Positions 1 through 13,500 of a DNA stretch of 64,000 nucleotides are shown here, in pieces. The notes beneath the pieces are model-generated. The model was not told the origin of the DNA. It saw nothing but the letters and a program-made list of their open reading frames with translations, and did no database searches. The stretch is taken from assembly GCA_965235115.1 (NCBI GenBank), contig OZ249436.1, forward strand, positions 45,386,001 through 45,450,000, given 5' to 3'. The first letter of the stretch is position 1. Every line of letters starts with the position of its first letter. The translations under genes were made by a program, and so were the position numbers. Origin of the DNA: Laetmonice hystrix. Taxonomy: Eukaryota.

Positions 1-165
1 GCAAACACTCATCTTCAGGCTTTCCTTGTACTTAATCTTAGCGTTGAACCCTCTATCTGTAGGCTTTCCTTACTTAACCTGAGGGGGGAACCCTAATCTG
101 TAGGCTTTTCTTGTACTTAATTTTAGCGGGGAACGGTAATCTGTAGGCTTTTCTTGCGCTATATC
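1..165. repeat. Degenerate ~41-bp tandem repeat
   Basis: Recurring ctgtaggctttt/ccttgtacttaa core. Confidence 0.55.
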
Positions 166-221
166 TTAAAGGAGACCCCTTCCCTTTAGGATTTTTTTGT
201 ATCTTAAAGGATGACCGTCAC

Positions 222-3200
222 CTGCAGACTTCCCTTCTGGGCATACATCATGAGGACACAGACGTTCGGGGAGTCAGTGCACGCTCCGATGAAATGGTTG
301 ACGTTCTCGTGGTTGAGCTCCCTCATCTGTGCGAACAAAGTACGTTGTAACTTGATTTTTATTATAAAATAAATAAATGATCTGAGCACGCATTCCATCG
401 ATTCTCCTCTGTTCAGGAAATCTGTGCACATCAAATACACCTAATTGCTATTTAAAAATTAGTTCTAAGAGTTATATAAATTAATTTCATTTCAAAGAGT
501 TTGGCTCATTATCAGTAAATGATTTCAAAAGAAACAACGACCCCTTATTTTTTCTTCAACATCAACAATAATAAAGATTTGTTCTTCCCTTCAGATCTCC
601 TAAAGATACCGGCTAGTTCCTTCTTCTTTTAGCATTAACCTCACGTCTCTTTGAACTTCTTCACAGAGAAATTGATTTCTATCAAGGTAACGTCGTACAA
701 CAAAGCCAAAGGGAGCTTTGTGGCAACTGAGTGTTCGGATCATATCTTTAGTATGTGACTCCAGAGGTGGCCTGTAAGGTACCACCCGGCGTCACCTCCA
801 CTTTGTAACCCTCCACCAGCTGTAATACATCCAGTCCCACTCTGTAATACATCCACTCCACCCTGTAAGACATCCACTCCACTCTGTAATACATCCACTC
901 CACTCTGTAAGACATCCACTCCACTCTGTAATACATCCAGTCCACTCTGTAATACACCCACTCCACTCTGTAATACATCCACTCCACCCTGTAATACATC
1001 CACTCCACTCTGTAATACATCCACTCCACTCTGTAATACATCCACTCCACTCTGTAATACATCCACTCCACTCTGTAATACATCCACTCGACTCTGTAAG
1101 ACATCCACTCGACTCTGTAAGACATCCACTCGACTCTGTAAGACATCCACTCGACTCTGTAAGACATCCACTCCACTCTGTAATACATCCACTCCACTCT
1201 GTAATACATCCACTCCACTCTGTAAGACATCCACTCCACTCTGTAAGACATCCACGCGACTCTGTAAGACATCCACTCGACTCTGTAAGACATCCACTCG
1301 ACTCTGTAAGACATCCACTCCAATCTGTAATACATCCACTCCACTCTGTAATACATCCACTCCACTCTGTAATACATCCACTCCACTCTGTAATACATCA
1401 ACTCCACTCTGTAATACATTCACTCCACTCTGTAATACATCAACTCCACTCTGTAATACATCCACTCCACTCTGTAATACATCCACTCCACTCTGTAATA
1501 CATCCACTCCACTCTGTAATACATCCACTCCACTCTGTAATACATCCACTCCACTCTGTAATACATCCACTCCACTATGTAATACATCCACTCCACTCTG
1601 TAATACATCCACTCCACTATGTAATACATCCACTCCACTCTGTAATACATCCACTCCACTCTGTAATACATCCACTCCACTCTGTAATACATCCACTCCA
1701 CTATGTAATACATCCAGTCCACTCTGTAATACATCCACTCCACTCTGTAATACATCCACTCCACTCCAACTAATCCCCCACCACTTGTAACAAATCTACC
1801 TACCTGTTTAAACTCCAGTAATATGACTCTGTCACGTTCGTCAACGCAGGATTTCTCGATTTTCTTAACGGCAGCCATTTTGCCCTGCAAGTGAAGCGGC
1901 GAGACGAAAGGCCATCAGTGACGGATCCAGGGACCCAAACATGTGGATGCAAGGCATTGATTGATATGAATACCATTCAGTGACGGATCCAAGGACCCAA
2001 ACATGTGGATGCAAGGCATTGATTGATATGACCCTAGGACCCAAACATGTGGATGTAAGGCATTGATTGATATGAATGCCCTTCAGGTATCCCCCTGAGA
2101 TGATACACTTACCCTGACATACGACACTTATACCATAGTAGGTCTTCAATCAAAACACAAACATTCTGCGAAAACGATTAGATCAATTAGAAAGTTTGTA
2201 TTAGTTTGAAATGCCTAGTCTTTGAAACCCGGACTTTCCAATACTCCAATAGGCTTTACTCAGGTATTCCATTCAGTTAGAAAAGTTGTGACACATTCTG
2301 GACCACACCCAAACCTCGTTAAAATTGTACCATCGAGGGCGAACTTACCCGACACAGGACGACCTGTGAGAACACCTGGCGGTCAACTCCGGAACCATGG
2401 CTCCACCCGCTCCTGACCGACGACATGGTAACTTGGCTCGCCTGCAGACGGGACCAACAACAACTTTACAACATTAACAGGGTTTTTGTACGTTGGTGGT
2501 GAAAACTGGAGAAAACAGTTGTTTATTTCCTTGGTGCTCACGTTGAAAAAATGGTGGGAACTTTTGTTCTTGCCTTAAAAAGAGGAATGGCAATGGGATT
2601 AAAAATTGAAGGATTTCAGCGAAAGTTTTCAGAAACACCACCTGTATACTTACACCCATCGTATTACGGCTGGGGTACTGTATCTCCTCCCAATTCACTT
2701 TCCAAAGGTTTATTGCGTTCAGCTCAGCTTCAAACCGCATACGCCTGACACGAAAATAAAAACAAGAAGATCACCAAAATACAAGATCAAGAAAAGAAAA
2801 CAGCAAGATCAAGAAAAGAAAACAGCAACATCAACAAAAGAAAACAATATCAACAAAAGAAAACAGCAAGATCAAGAAAAGACAACAACAAAATCAACAA
2901 AAGACAACAACAAAATCAATAAAAGAAAACAGCAACATCAACAAAAGAAAACAATATCAACAAGAGAAAACAGCAAGATCAACAAAAGACAACAACAAAA
3001 GACAACAACAAAAGACAACAACAAAATCAACAAAAGAAAACAGCAACATCAACAAAAGAAAACAATATCAACAAAAGAAAACAGCAAGATCAACAAAAGA
3101 CAACAACAAAATCAACAAAAGACAACAATGTAGTTCTACAAGTTGCGCCATCGGCCGATGGGTCAGATCAATTGCTTGACAATGACAGAAACATTGATAC

Positions 3201-4509
3201 CTTTTACTCGTGTTTTTGTCAGGTTGGATTGGAATGACCTTCGAGTGATGTTTGAGAGACCACAACCCGTAACCGTTTTACCTGTGACAAATGATGCTGA
3301 CTACCGTTGTAACAATGACCAGTCCACATAAAGAACCAATCACGGAGAGAACGACCGTCTCTGAAAACGGAAACCGACCATTGTCATACTCGTGTCGACC
3401 AGAACATTATGCTTGTGTATCGATATTGTGATCGGAAGGGATATGTATTCACTTGTATCTCTGACAAGGAACATAATGACATAAGTGATATCGGGGGAGG
3501 ATAACTATGGTCGGTATGGTTCTATCAAACAATGAAAGGAAATGGCAGTTATACTCGATTCTCAACTCGCGCTTCGTCACTCTGAACGGTAGTGTACAGT
3601 AAATGGTCGGTAAAGGTCTACGTACTGACTATAAACTGGGATCAGACAACAGTAAACGTTTTACATCAGTAGGGATACTTGCTGAAGAAATGACAATTTC
3701 TTTCTGCACTAAGGGGGAGTTATATATTAGTACAAACAGGAAGGAGCCTTATTCACAAATTCACGCAAGACTTGCGGACCTGCAAAACTGTTATCCTCCA
3801 GCTGTTTTAATAATAGTTTTGCAGGTCCACAAGTCTTGCGTGTGCTTTGTGAATAAGGTCACAGGACAAATTTACCGACTTTTCTTTCACCAAATTAATT
3901 TTTTCTGATTGAAATATAAGACCTAAGGAAAAAGTTACATTTATTCTGATAACAGTTACATTGAAGCCCAATAACGGTAATATTCAAGCATAATGCACTC
4001 TTAGCGACTAGGTTCGCATCTATTGATATCTTACGGGAGTGTGCTAAAGTGGTCCCGATGATTATACCATACCCTCAGCTCGGTCATATTATCACAATAT
4101 AACACCTTCTCAACCTCGTGCTGTCGTGCAATATCCACTTATTATTGAGAGTAAACATGATAAACTAACGTGTATTATCCGGGCAGTATTCATTGTCCCA
4201 GCCACATGGAGGGGAGTCTGGCGGCGGGCTGTCCCTTCCTCCCCTCCAGGGGATGTTCTCAGGTTGAATATCCTCCAGTTGGTCTGTCAAGGCGTTGTAA
4301 TAGTACAGAGGGAGCCACTGACGGTCGACCAGAATCTCCAGGTTGTAGGTAATCTTACGGTCACCATGCTCGTCGATCACAACCGGTCCTGTGATACCTA
4401 TATAGAGCCAAACTTTATTGGAATATGACATTCACACAGGTTTTATCACATGATTAATAAAAGTGAAAAAACACTAAAAACTGCCAGAGGAAAAACATAA
4501 ATGAATGAA

Positions 4510-4556
<47 letters not shown>

Positions 4557-7500
4557 ACAAACGAACAAACAAACAAACAAATAAATAAATAAATAAATCA
4601 AATCAAATATATAAATAATAAAACAAGAGAGGAAGAAAGAAAGACATACACAAGAGGACATTGATACAGATAGAGCCGGGTTATTCCTACTAGAGGACAT
4701 TGACACAGATAGAGCCGGGTTATTCCTACTAGAGGACATTGACACAGATAGAGCCGGGTTATTCCTACAAGGGGACATTAACACAGATAGAGCCGGGTTA
4801 TTCCTACTAGAGGACATTGACACAGATAGAGCCGGGTTATTCCTACAAGAGGACATTGACACAGATAGAGCCGGGTTATTCCTACAAGAGGACATTGACA
4901 CAGATAGAGCCGGGTTATTCCCACTAGAGGACATTGACACAGATAGAGCCGGGTTATTCCTACAAGAGGACATTGACACAGATAGAGCCGGGTTATTCCT
5001 ACAAGAGGACTTTGACACAGATAGAGCCGGGTTATTCCTACTAGAGGACATTGACACAGATAGAGCCGGGTTATTCCTACAAGAGGACATTGACACAGAT
5101 AGAGCCGGGTTATTCCTACAAACAGTTCAGAAGGGGGCACTTCATACAATATTCCCTGGTTCTGGGTATGAGGAAAGCCTGCAAATGGCAAACATCCAAT
5201 CACTTGCCACAAGGCGCGATGAAATATGCAAAACATATTTTAATAAAATGAAAGCAAGTGATCATAAACTGCATAACCTACTACCTAGCCCAAGGAATGT
5301 TCCGTACACCTTGAGGACTGCAGGAGAATTACCCATCCCAATGACAAGGACAAACAGATATAAAAAATCTTTTATTCCATGGGCATTAAGTAATTGCCAG
5401 AATTAGTAGGTGCATATGTATTATTTTAAAAGGTATTGTATTGTACATGTATTGTATTTTATTGGATTGTATTTTATTGTATTGTATTCTAACTGCCATT
5501 AATCATTCTTAGTAGTGGATTTTATATGGTTTATTAGTAGTGGATTTTTACGTAATATGTTTTACTTAATATTAATGTGTGTATATAATCCAACCGAAAG
5601 GTTGCTAATAATAAACATATACATATACATATACAAGAGGACATTGACACAGATAGAGCCGGGTTATTCCTACTAGAGGACATTGACACAGATAGAGCCG
5701 GGTTATTCCTACAAGGGGACTTTGACACAGATAGAGCCAGGTTATTCCTACAAGAGGACATTGACAGAGATAGAGCGGGGTTATTCCTACTTGCCTTGGT
5801 AGGAGGAGTTGATGATATTATTAGTGACAGCCAGTCCATCATCATACCGGCCACCTTCCTGCAGGGTTTTGTTCACACCATACGCCCACTGGAGGACCGA
5901 ATCGTGCAGGGTCCCCGCGTACGGGCTTACCTACAGGAGCAGCACCAAACGAGGGATACATACACTGGTATAGCGACTGTAGGAATTGTTTGATCGTACC
6001 TGTCCCACGGTAACAACGTCCCCACAAAATGTGGGGAAGGAACACATAATCGATTCATTGCCCTTCTTGTGAACTTCAACCCCACACTTCATGGCAGGCC
6101 CCGGTCAACGCCCCCCCCCCCCCTTCCCCAAAAGGAAAACGTGTCCCTACCCTTTGCCCTGTTCCTATCCCTAGCCCATCCTCGTATTATTTGGTGGAGT
6201 TTTTATTACGGGAGACGAAGAAGTTGTTTAGTGGGACCCAAGGAGGGATCACTTAGCTCGGAGATAGAGAGACGTACACCATGGAGAGGCAATCAATGTC
6301 CGTGTTGTCTGAGAGACAGCTTGAAACGCTCGAATATTGGTATTCTACCATGGTAACCGACCCCGAAATATGGCTAGGGATTGGGGTCGGGAACGAGGCT
6401 CGGGATAGGGAAGTTTTCTAGGGAGGTTTGGGAGCCAGCACTGGGGATTAAGGTTAGGTTTGGGAGCCAGCACTGGGGATTAAGGTTAGGTTTGGGAGCC
6501 AGCACTGGGAATTAAGGTCTGGTTTGGAGATGGGAAAAGTGCGATTTTTAGTTCTTACCACCAAATTTCGTGGATATGTCACCATGGCGATGGTTACCAT
6601 GGTGATCTGCCGTGATATTGTTGAGGCGTGCTCTAGTTTATCAATACGACCATCCCGACTGGCGGGGGTTATCTTACATCTACCTGTACACTGACTGACA
6701 GGAGACGGTAATAAATGTTACCTTTTCTACATGGCCGCCTTCTGTCTACATCTCACCACTGTGCTGAAGTCACGTCTTTGTTAGCGAGAAGCCACATATA
6801 ACAACACATCTGATGCGTGCACGCGTCACGACACACAACCTCCCAATTATCGCCCCTCTCAACAAAACCGGTCGACTGACTTTGATCTTAGTTGATGTAA
6901 AGGCCGTCAAGACATGAACCCCTTGTCTCACAAAGTGGTTATTTTATATACATATGTACATAAGAGGATGCCAGATTGACAACTCTTTCGGATTATGTGA
7001 GAAAAGGATGTTTCTGATCTAAGCCTACTATCGACAAATCCAGAGGAGAAGGAATCTACTAATTTTCATGAAATCAGATACGTGGATCATAGATCTGAGG
7101 AGTATCTACAAACCAAGCTTGGATAGGAGCAAGCAGAGGTCATTATGGGGGGGGGGGTGCAGCAAGAGATCGACTGGACCAACACGGAACCGACTGGCCC
7201 AACAATGAAAGACAGGCACTTTTAGGGCACTTAATTATCATATTGATTCTGTTAACACATGCTGTGAGAAAATAGCAGTAATATTGCTCCTAACGGTGAA
7301 GTACAAAAGCTACAGGGCCCAGTCTGCGTAGGCCCACAAATCAAAAGCCTGTTAGTTAATTAGCTTTACTCAATTTTTGAACAACTTTACACATGAAAGA
7401 CAATTTGGCGACTTTTGTCATAATTTAATTATACCCATCAAACTCACATAATTATAGGAGCTATATTATGGATATTATCTAATAAACGCGATGCAGACAT

Positions 7501-10500
7501 TTTTATGATAGACATGTCACGTATTACTTGAAATTTGTGAGACACCCCCTTTAATTAAAGTCCTAGATCTAACCGAGCCAGAAGATGTTGGAAGGCAAGG
7601 TATTTATATGAAGGGGAGCCGGGAGATGTTGGAAAGCAAGGTATTTATATGAAGGGGAGCGGGGGATGTTGGAAGGCAAGGTATTTATATGAAGGGGAGC
7701 GGGAGATGTTTGAAGGCAAGGTATTTATATGAAGGGGAGCGGGAGATGTCGGAAGGCAAGGTATTTATATGAAGGGGAGCCGGGAGATGTTTGAAGGCAA
7801 GGTATTTATATGAAGGGGAGCCGGGAGATGTTGGAAGGCAAGGTATTTATATGAAGGGGAGCGGGGGATGTTGGAAGGCAAGGTATTTATATGAAGGGGA
7901 GCCGTGAGATGTTTGAAGGCAAGGTATTTATATGAAGGGGGCGGGAGATGTTGGAAGGCAAGGTATTTATATGAAGAGGAGCGGGAGATGTTTGAAGGCA
8001 AATTATTTATATGAAGGAGAGCCGGGAGATGTTTGAAGGCAAGGTATTTATATGAAGGGGGGCCAGGAGATGTTTGAAGGCAAGGTATTTATATGAAGGG
8101 GAGCCGGGAGATGTTTGAAGGCAAGGTATTTATATGAAGGGGAGCCGGGAGATGTTTGAAGGCAAGGTATTTATATGAAGGGGGGCCAGGAGATGTTTGA
8201 AGGCAAGGTATTTATGACGGGAGCGGGGAGTTGTTTGAAGGCAAGGTATTTATATGAAGGGGAGCCGGGAGATGTTTGAAGGCAAGGTATTTATATGAAG
8301 GGGAGCCGGGAGATGTTTGAAGGCAAGGTATTTATATGAAGAGGGGCCAGGAGATGTTTGAAGGCAAGGTATTTATGAAGGGAGCGGGGAGTTGTTGGAA
8401 GGCAAGGTATTTATATGAAGTGGACGGGAGATGTTGGAAGGCAAGGTATTTATATGAAGGGGAGCCAGGAGATGTTTGAAGGCAAGGTATTTATATGAAG
8501 GGGAGCCAGGAGATGTTTGAAGGAAAGGTATTTACATGAAGGGACACGTTAAAGATATACTACCCAATCGCCAGGTGAAACTTTTGTGTAGCCGTCGAAG
8601 CGATAGTCCTCGAAAGCATCGTAAAGTTTGAGGGTGAAGTTGTCCCACGTCTCTCCGACAGGGGTCCTCAGGTTAAGAGAGAGGACTCGGTCAAAGGTCA
8701 ACCAGACGTCGTTCTCCCGGGAAGAATCGGCAGGCTTGGCTGAAACATTTAGGGGACACCGCTCAAACATGAAGGGAACACCGCTGGAAAATGAAAGGGA
8801 CACTAACATAAAGGGGGACACCATTTGAGCATGAAGAGAACACCATTAGGAAACACGGAGGACGCACCACTGTTACACGAAGGAGAAAGCAGTGTAACAC
8901 ATCAGTGTCACTGAAAGGCACATCACTGGAACATGAAGGACGCACCAATGTTACACGAAGAGGAACTCAATCAAACATGAAGGAGGCACCGATATAGCAT
9001 TTCGGGGACATCACTGGAAGATGTAGAGGACACCAATTAAATATGTAGGGACACCATTGGCACATGAATGGGACATAATAAAACATGAAAGGATCTCTTT
9101 ATCGACCCTGAACACAAACCCACACCGGCGATGGTCGGCCATCTGAACAAAGACATGCAGAGGTCGGTCAGGCTGTCTCTATCCACCACGCCATCACTAA
9201 AATCAACACTGAGTTCGCGGATCACCACGTGAACACAGGGTCCGACCTTATAGATACGTGTAGCACCAACATTATATCAACCCAAACTGCGCATGCTCGT
9301 ACTCTGGAGGCTACAACCCTACTGGTTAGGGATTGTGGGAAGTCAAATGGACTTCCAACAATGCACCAGTGCCATCGTAACCGATTACGCCGGCGAAAGG
9401 GCGTACTGAAGAGATAGAAAAGCAGTGAAGAGGTACAAAATAGTCCAGCAAAATAGTTTGCATTTGAACTGTTTCAACTCAAATTAGATACATTTATTCT
9501 TTAAGGAAAACGAAATATAGCGATAAACAACCTCTGATAATGTAAGCAATGTTTGATTATAATTATTTTATGAGTAGTAGTTAGGCCTAACTGCTCGCAG
9601 GTGTCCATTTGACTCTGACACTAGTCCCGGCTATCCCACAATACACAACCAGAAGAGGGTGGTTCCAGCAAAAGCGACCTCTGGCGGAAATTTGCATGTT
9701 TATGCTTATTTTATTGCGCCTTTCTACTTGGAAAGCATGGATTGGAAACACATTTTACGGCATAGGCACAACCGGCTAGGTTATCTCAAATGGAGAGGTA
9801 GTTTTACGGTTGTTTTTTCCGTGTCTGTCAAAGTTTTAAAAAACCTCAGATGCGCGTGTTCTATAGTCACCATGGCAACGTCTGGCCGTGGGAACCATAA
9901 AACCCAATTATACATAGATACCTTTGATGAATGATTGATGTGATATTTCAGTGAGTGCCGTGTTAGAGTAGTTGAGGTCTCGATCGGGAACATGTTTATT
10001 TCTGCTGGTCAATACGGCCGGAGGAGTGGATGGACGAGAACAGAGCACGCCATTTCCCGCGGGAATTTAGCGCGATCCCTTTCAACCAATCAGAGAACGT
10101 CCACCAATCAGGACTGTCCATCGAGACACATAGGCCGAGTTCGCGTGGTCGACTCGAGTTAATCCGGCTAGTGGTATTTTACGCGAACTGCCCAGTGTTG
10201 CAGCTCTAGTGACGTCATTTGACCTAGTTGGGTCCAACACGACCAACCCACCCCCTTGGCAGAGTTCGCTAGTGTTCCAATATGGCGAAGCTCCCATAAG
10301 TCGTTGCGAATATGGGCAGTCAAGGCACGCGAACTCGAACTCGGCCCTAGATAGGCTACCACTCGGCTCACCGTCGACTGACTTCGTCATGTCTCGGCTG
10401 TAAAGGCCTGTACCCACTAGCGCGTTTTACCGCTGCGGGCCACGCTGAGCGACAAAACGCGCTAGTGGGTTCAGGCCTTTAGCTGTTATTGTTGTATTCA

Positions 10501-13500
10501 TCGTGATAAAATTCGGACTCCCACGTAATTCGGAAATGGCCACATAGCTCCTGAAGGCGGTGGTGCTTGCCGTAAGGTCTGAACCCACAAGCGCGTTTTG
10601 TCGCTCAGCGTGGACCGCAGCGGTAAAACGCGCTAGTGGGTACAGGCCTTTAGACAGAGGTCGCCATGTTAGGGGGTGGCTAGGTCGGGGTCAGTGGCCC
10701 GGATGTAGACAACAACAAAATCACGTGGTGCCGCCGTGCAGAAAATGGAGCACGCCCCCTCCCCACTAAGCCTGTGTCGGACTTTTCAGAGTAAGAATAT
10801 TTGGTTTGCTTGAAGGTGAAGAAGAGACTGTTTGGCCTCTACGGTAGAAAATTGGAGAAGGCTAGGTAGGCTCTATGTTGGGAAATTAGATCTGAACTAT
10901 GTGCCTGTGCGTAGGGGGAAATTCGACTATTTACCGCTCATATATTCACGCGCGATGCCGCTTCACAAGACTTTGCGAAAATCATGGAAAAATGGCCGCT
11001 TCATACATCCGAGGCCTGGTTCGCCGCCGGATATGACCTAGAAACATCCAATCAGAAGCAGCGTCGGGGTTTCGAGTGGCATAAATATCTGATTGGTTCC
11101 TCAGAACAGAGATGACGCTATTCTCTCCTGTTTCTGCATAATCCGCCAACGTCCTGACACACAGAGACCTTAGCCTGAGAGGATATCATAAGGCAGAGAG
11201 GCGTAATAAAAAATTACATAAAAACAATACCAATCAATATGTTAGTAGTGCAGCATGATCTATTTCATGACAGTTTAATATATTGTATAGTTTGTACTGT
11301 CATGTTGGGAAGGGTTTACCGCCCATCACGTATATCCAGTCAGCAGTGTATGGTCCTCTTTAGGTGGTGTGACTTTATATCACTGGCTTGATATTCCGTG
11401 CACAACCCATGTTTCTCAAATAGGAGCCTATCTTATGGACGCTTTATTATTGGTGCTTGTATAATAAAGCAGTGCGCCGTTTCCATAGCCAGAGTCAATA
11501 TAACTTGGAGCGATATAAATGTGGTACCATTCAATGATCACTAGAGTTCTGATGTGGTACCATTCAATGATCACTAGAGTTCTGAAATAGTGTTTGTTCT
11601 GGTGACGTCAATCAGCACATGTACCCATGTTCTGGTGACGTCAATCAGCACATGTACCCAATTTAAAACAGGTTACTGTAATATCTGAAACATGAGCCGA
11701 GTGACATGAGAGGGTGGAGGGGGTGAGAGGGTGGACAGTGCCTGAGGGGGTGACGTGAGGGGAGGGGGGTGAGAGGGTGGACAGTGCCTGACGGGGTGAC
11801 GGGAGGGGAGGGGGGGTGAGAGGGTGGACAGTGCCTGGCGGGGTGACGTGAAGGGAGGGGGGTGAGAGGGTGGAAAGTGCCTGAGGGGGTGACATGAGGG
11901 GAGGGGGAGGGGTGAGAGGGTGGACAGAGCGTGAGAGGGAGGAACGCCACACGACAGCGTTCACGTGTGGCCACTCCCTCATCAGTGTTGTAGAGGGTCC
12001 AAGACTGTGTGGACACACACATAAAGGTGAGTGCACTCACTAGTATTGGTTCCCTCTACAGTACCTGACAGAGTGGACCGTGTCAACATCCTACAATCGT
12101 AGACCTGTCTTTTAATCATATCCTCTCATAGTCTGGAGGCAATATGTAGACTGCTCTTTACGTACACTCCGTTAAAAAGTAGTCGGCATTCTAAGCAGAT
12201 ATAATCACTTTAATATGACAGGGCACATTTCGTACCAAGCTTCATAAAGGGCCGCTCGTCCTTGCTTTGATTTGTGTTCGGCTACCTGCTTTCACATTGT
12301 TATAGATCTGTGGTGTTTTCACCTGTGTCGCTCTCAGATAAATCAATCCTGTACGACATATACGGGCCGCATGTTTACAACAGTCAGCGAAAACCTCGAG
12401 GCTTGGGACGTTGTCCATATAAAAGGTTATGAGATTGAAACCACTTACTACAACCATTCCTTCGCTGATATTGTGATAATAGGAGAGTGGATGTCTAAAT
12501 GTTTTGTGAGCTCTTACTTCCGGTTACCGTGACAGCACGGTTGTAACCGGTGGGCTAGATGTGTTGTCAGTTTCAGGATAATGGGTAAGACCAGGCCCAT
12601 CGAAACATTGTAAGGCAATCAAGCTGTTCTCCATGTGAACTGGGGTATCCATTAAAAAAAACCCCAAGTGTTGTCACATTTTATTTAAAGATTCGGAAAA
12701 TTAAAGGGGCATATTATGAGGAAACGTTAAAAATCGGTATTTCATAGAACGTTTGCTGTTTTCATAAAGAGATCCTTCATTAAAATTGCTTGGTAAACAA
12801 AGACAGACTTATCAGTTTCATTTTGCATGAGAAATCGAAGTTTATTAAGCTCCCGTGCCCGCTTCTCTGCCGATTTCGTAAAATATTTTTGGGTAGCATT
12901 CTGATGCCGGGCGATCGAGTGCCACTGCTGAATTGTTTACAACTAAGCAAAGCACGTGACTAAGTACATGCAGAGAGTGCACACACAGGATGTGACACAG
13001 TATGCAATTACACGGGTTGATGGGAGGTTGTCTACCAAATTATGGCGGGAGATGTGCTATCGGGAGAAATCTATAGGTTTGGTCGTATAGAATCTACTTG
13101 TGCTGTATATGCAGCGGAAACACGTCGGAGGACAAAATGCTGTGGTAGGATTATTTACTTGGATTCGTAGTACACGGTCATGTTGGATAATTGCCGGAAA
13201 TCCTCAAAAACGTGTTTCATAGTATGCCCCTTTAATATAGCCTTAAAGGATCTAGGTAAACACATTTATCGTATTCATATTTAAGGTAACAATAGGGTGT
13301 CATAGTTCCGAGGGGGACGATTACCTAACTTCACTGTACGTACCCCCCCCCCCCCCCCGATCTACCCGTCGGCCCAACAATTTTTGAGACACAATCTGCC
13401 ATAACTGGCACTTCGGCGAATATCCAATCGAAACCTCTTCTTCAAGTCAAGTCACGTGACATCAGAATATTGACGCCACACTGGCACTGGGAACACCGAC

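Noticed and set aside
740..1759. 339-aa ORF of GVDVLQS heptads resembling a coiled-coil protein
   Set aside because: It is the translation of a 21-bp minisatellite inside a phase-0 intron whose flanking exons already join correctly. A second frame is also largely open, as expected for a stop-free repeat unit.
2606..3133. 175-aa K/Q/N-rich plus-strand ORF
   Set aside because: A-rich low-complexity intron sequence antisense to the guanylyl cyclase.
4446..5236. Repetitive ORFs (SSCRNNPALSVSM / CQCPLVGITRLYL), superficially like peptide-precursor repeats
   Set aside because: Translations of a 39-bp intronic minisatellite; no signal peptide or dibasic processing pattern.
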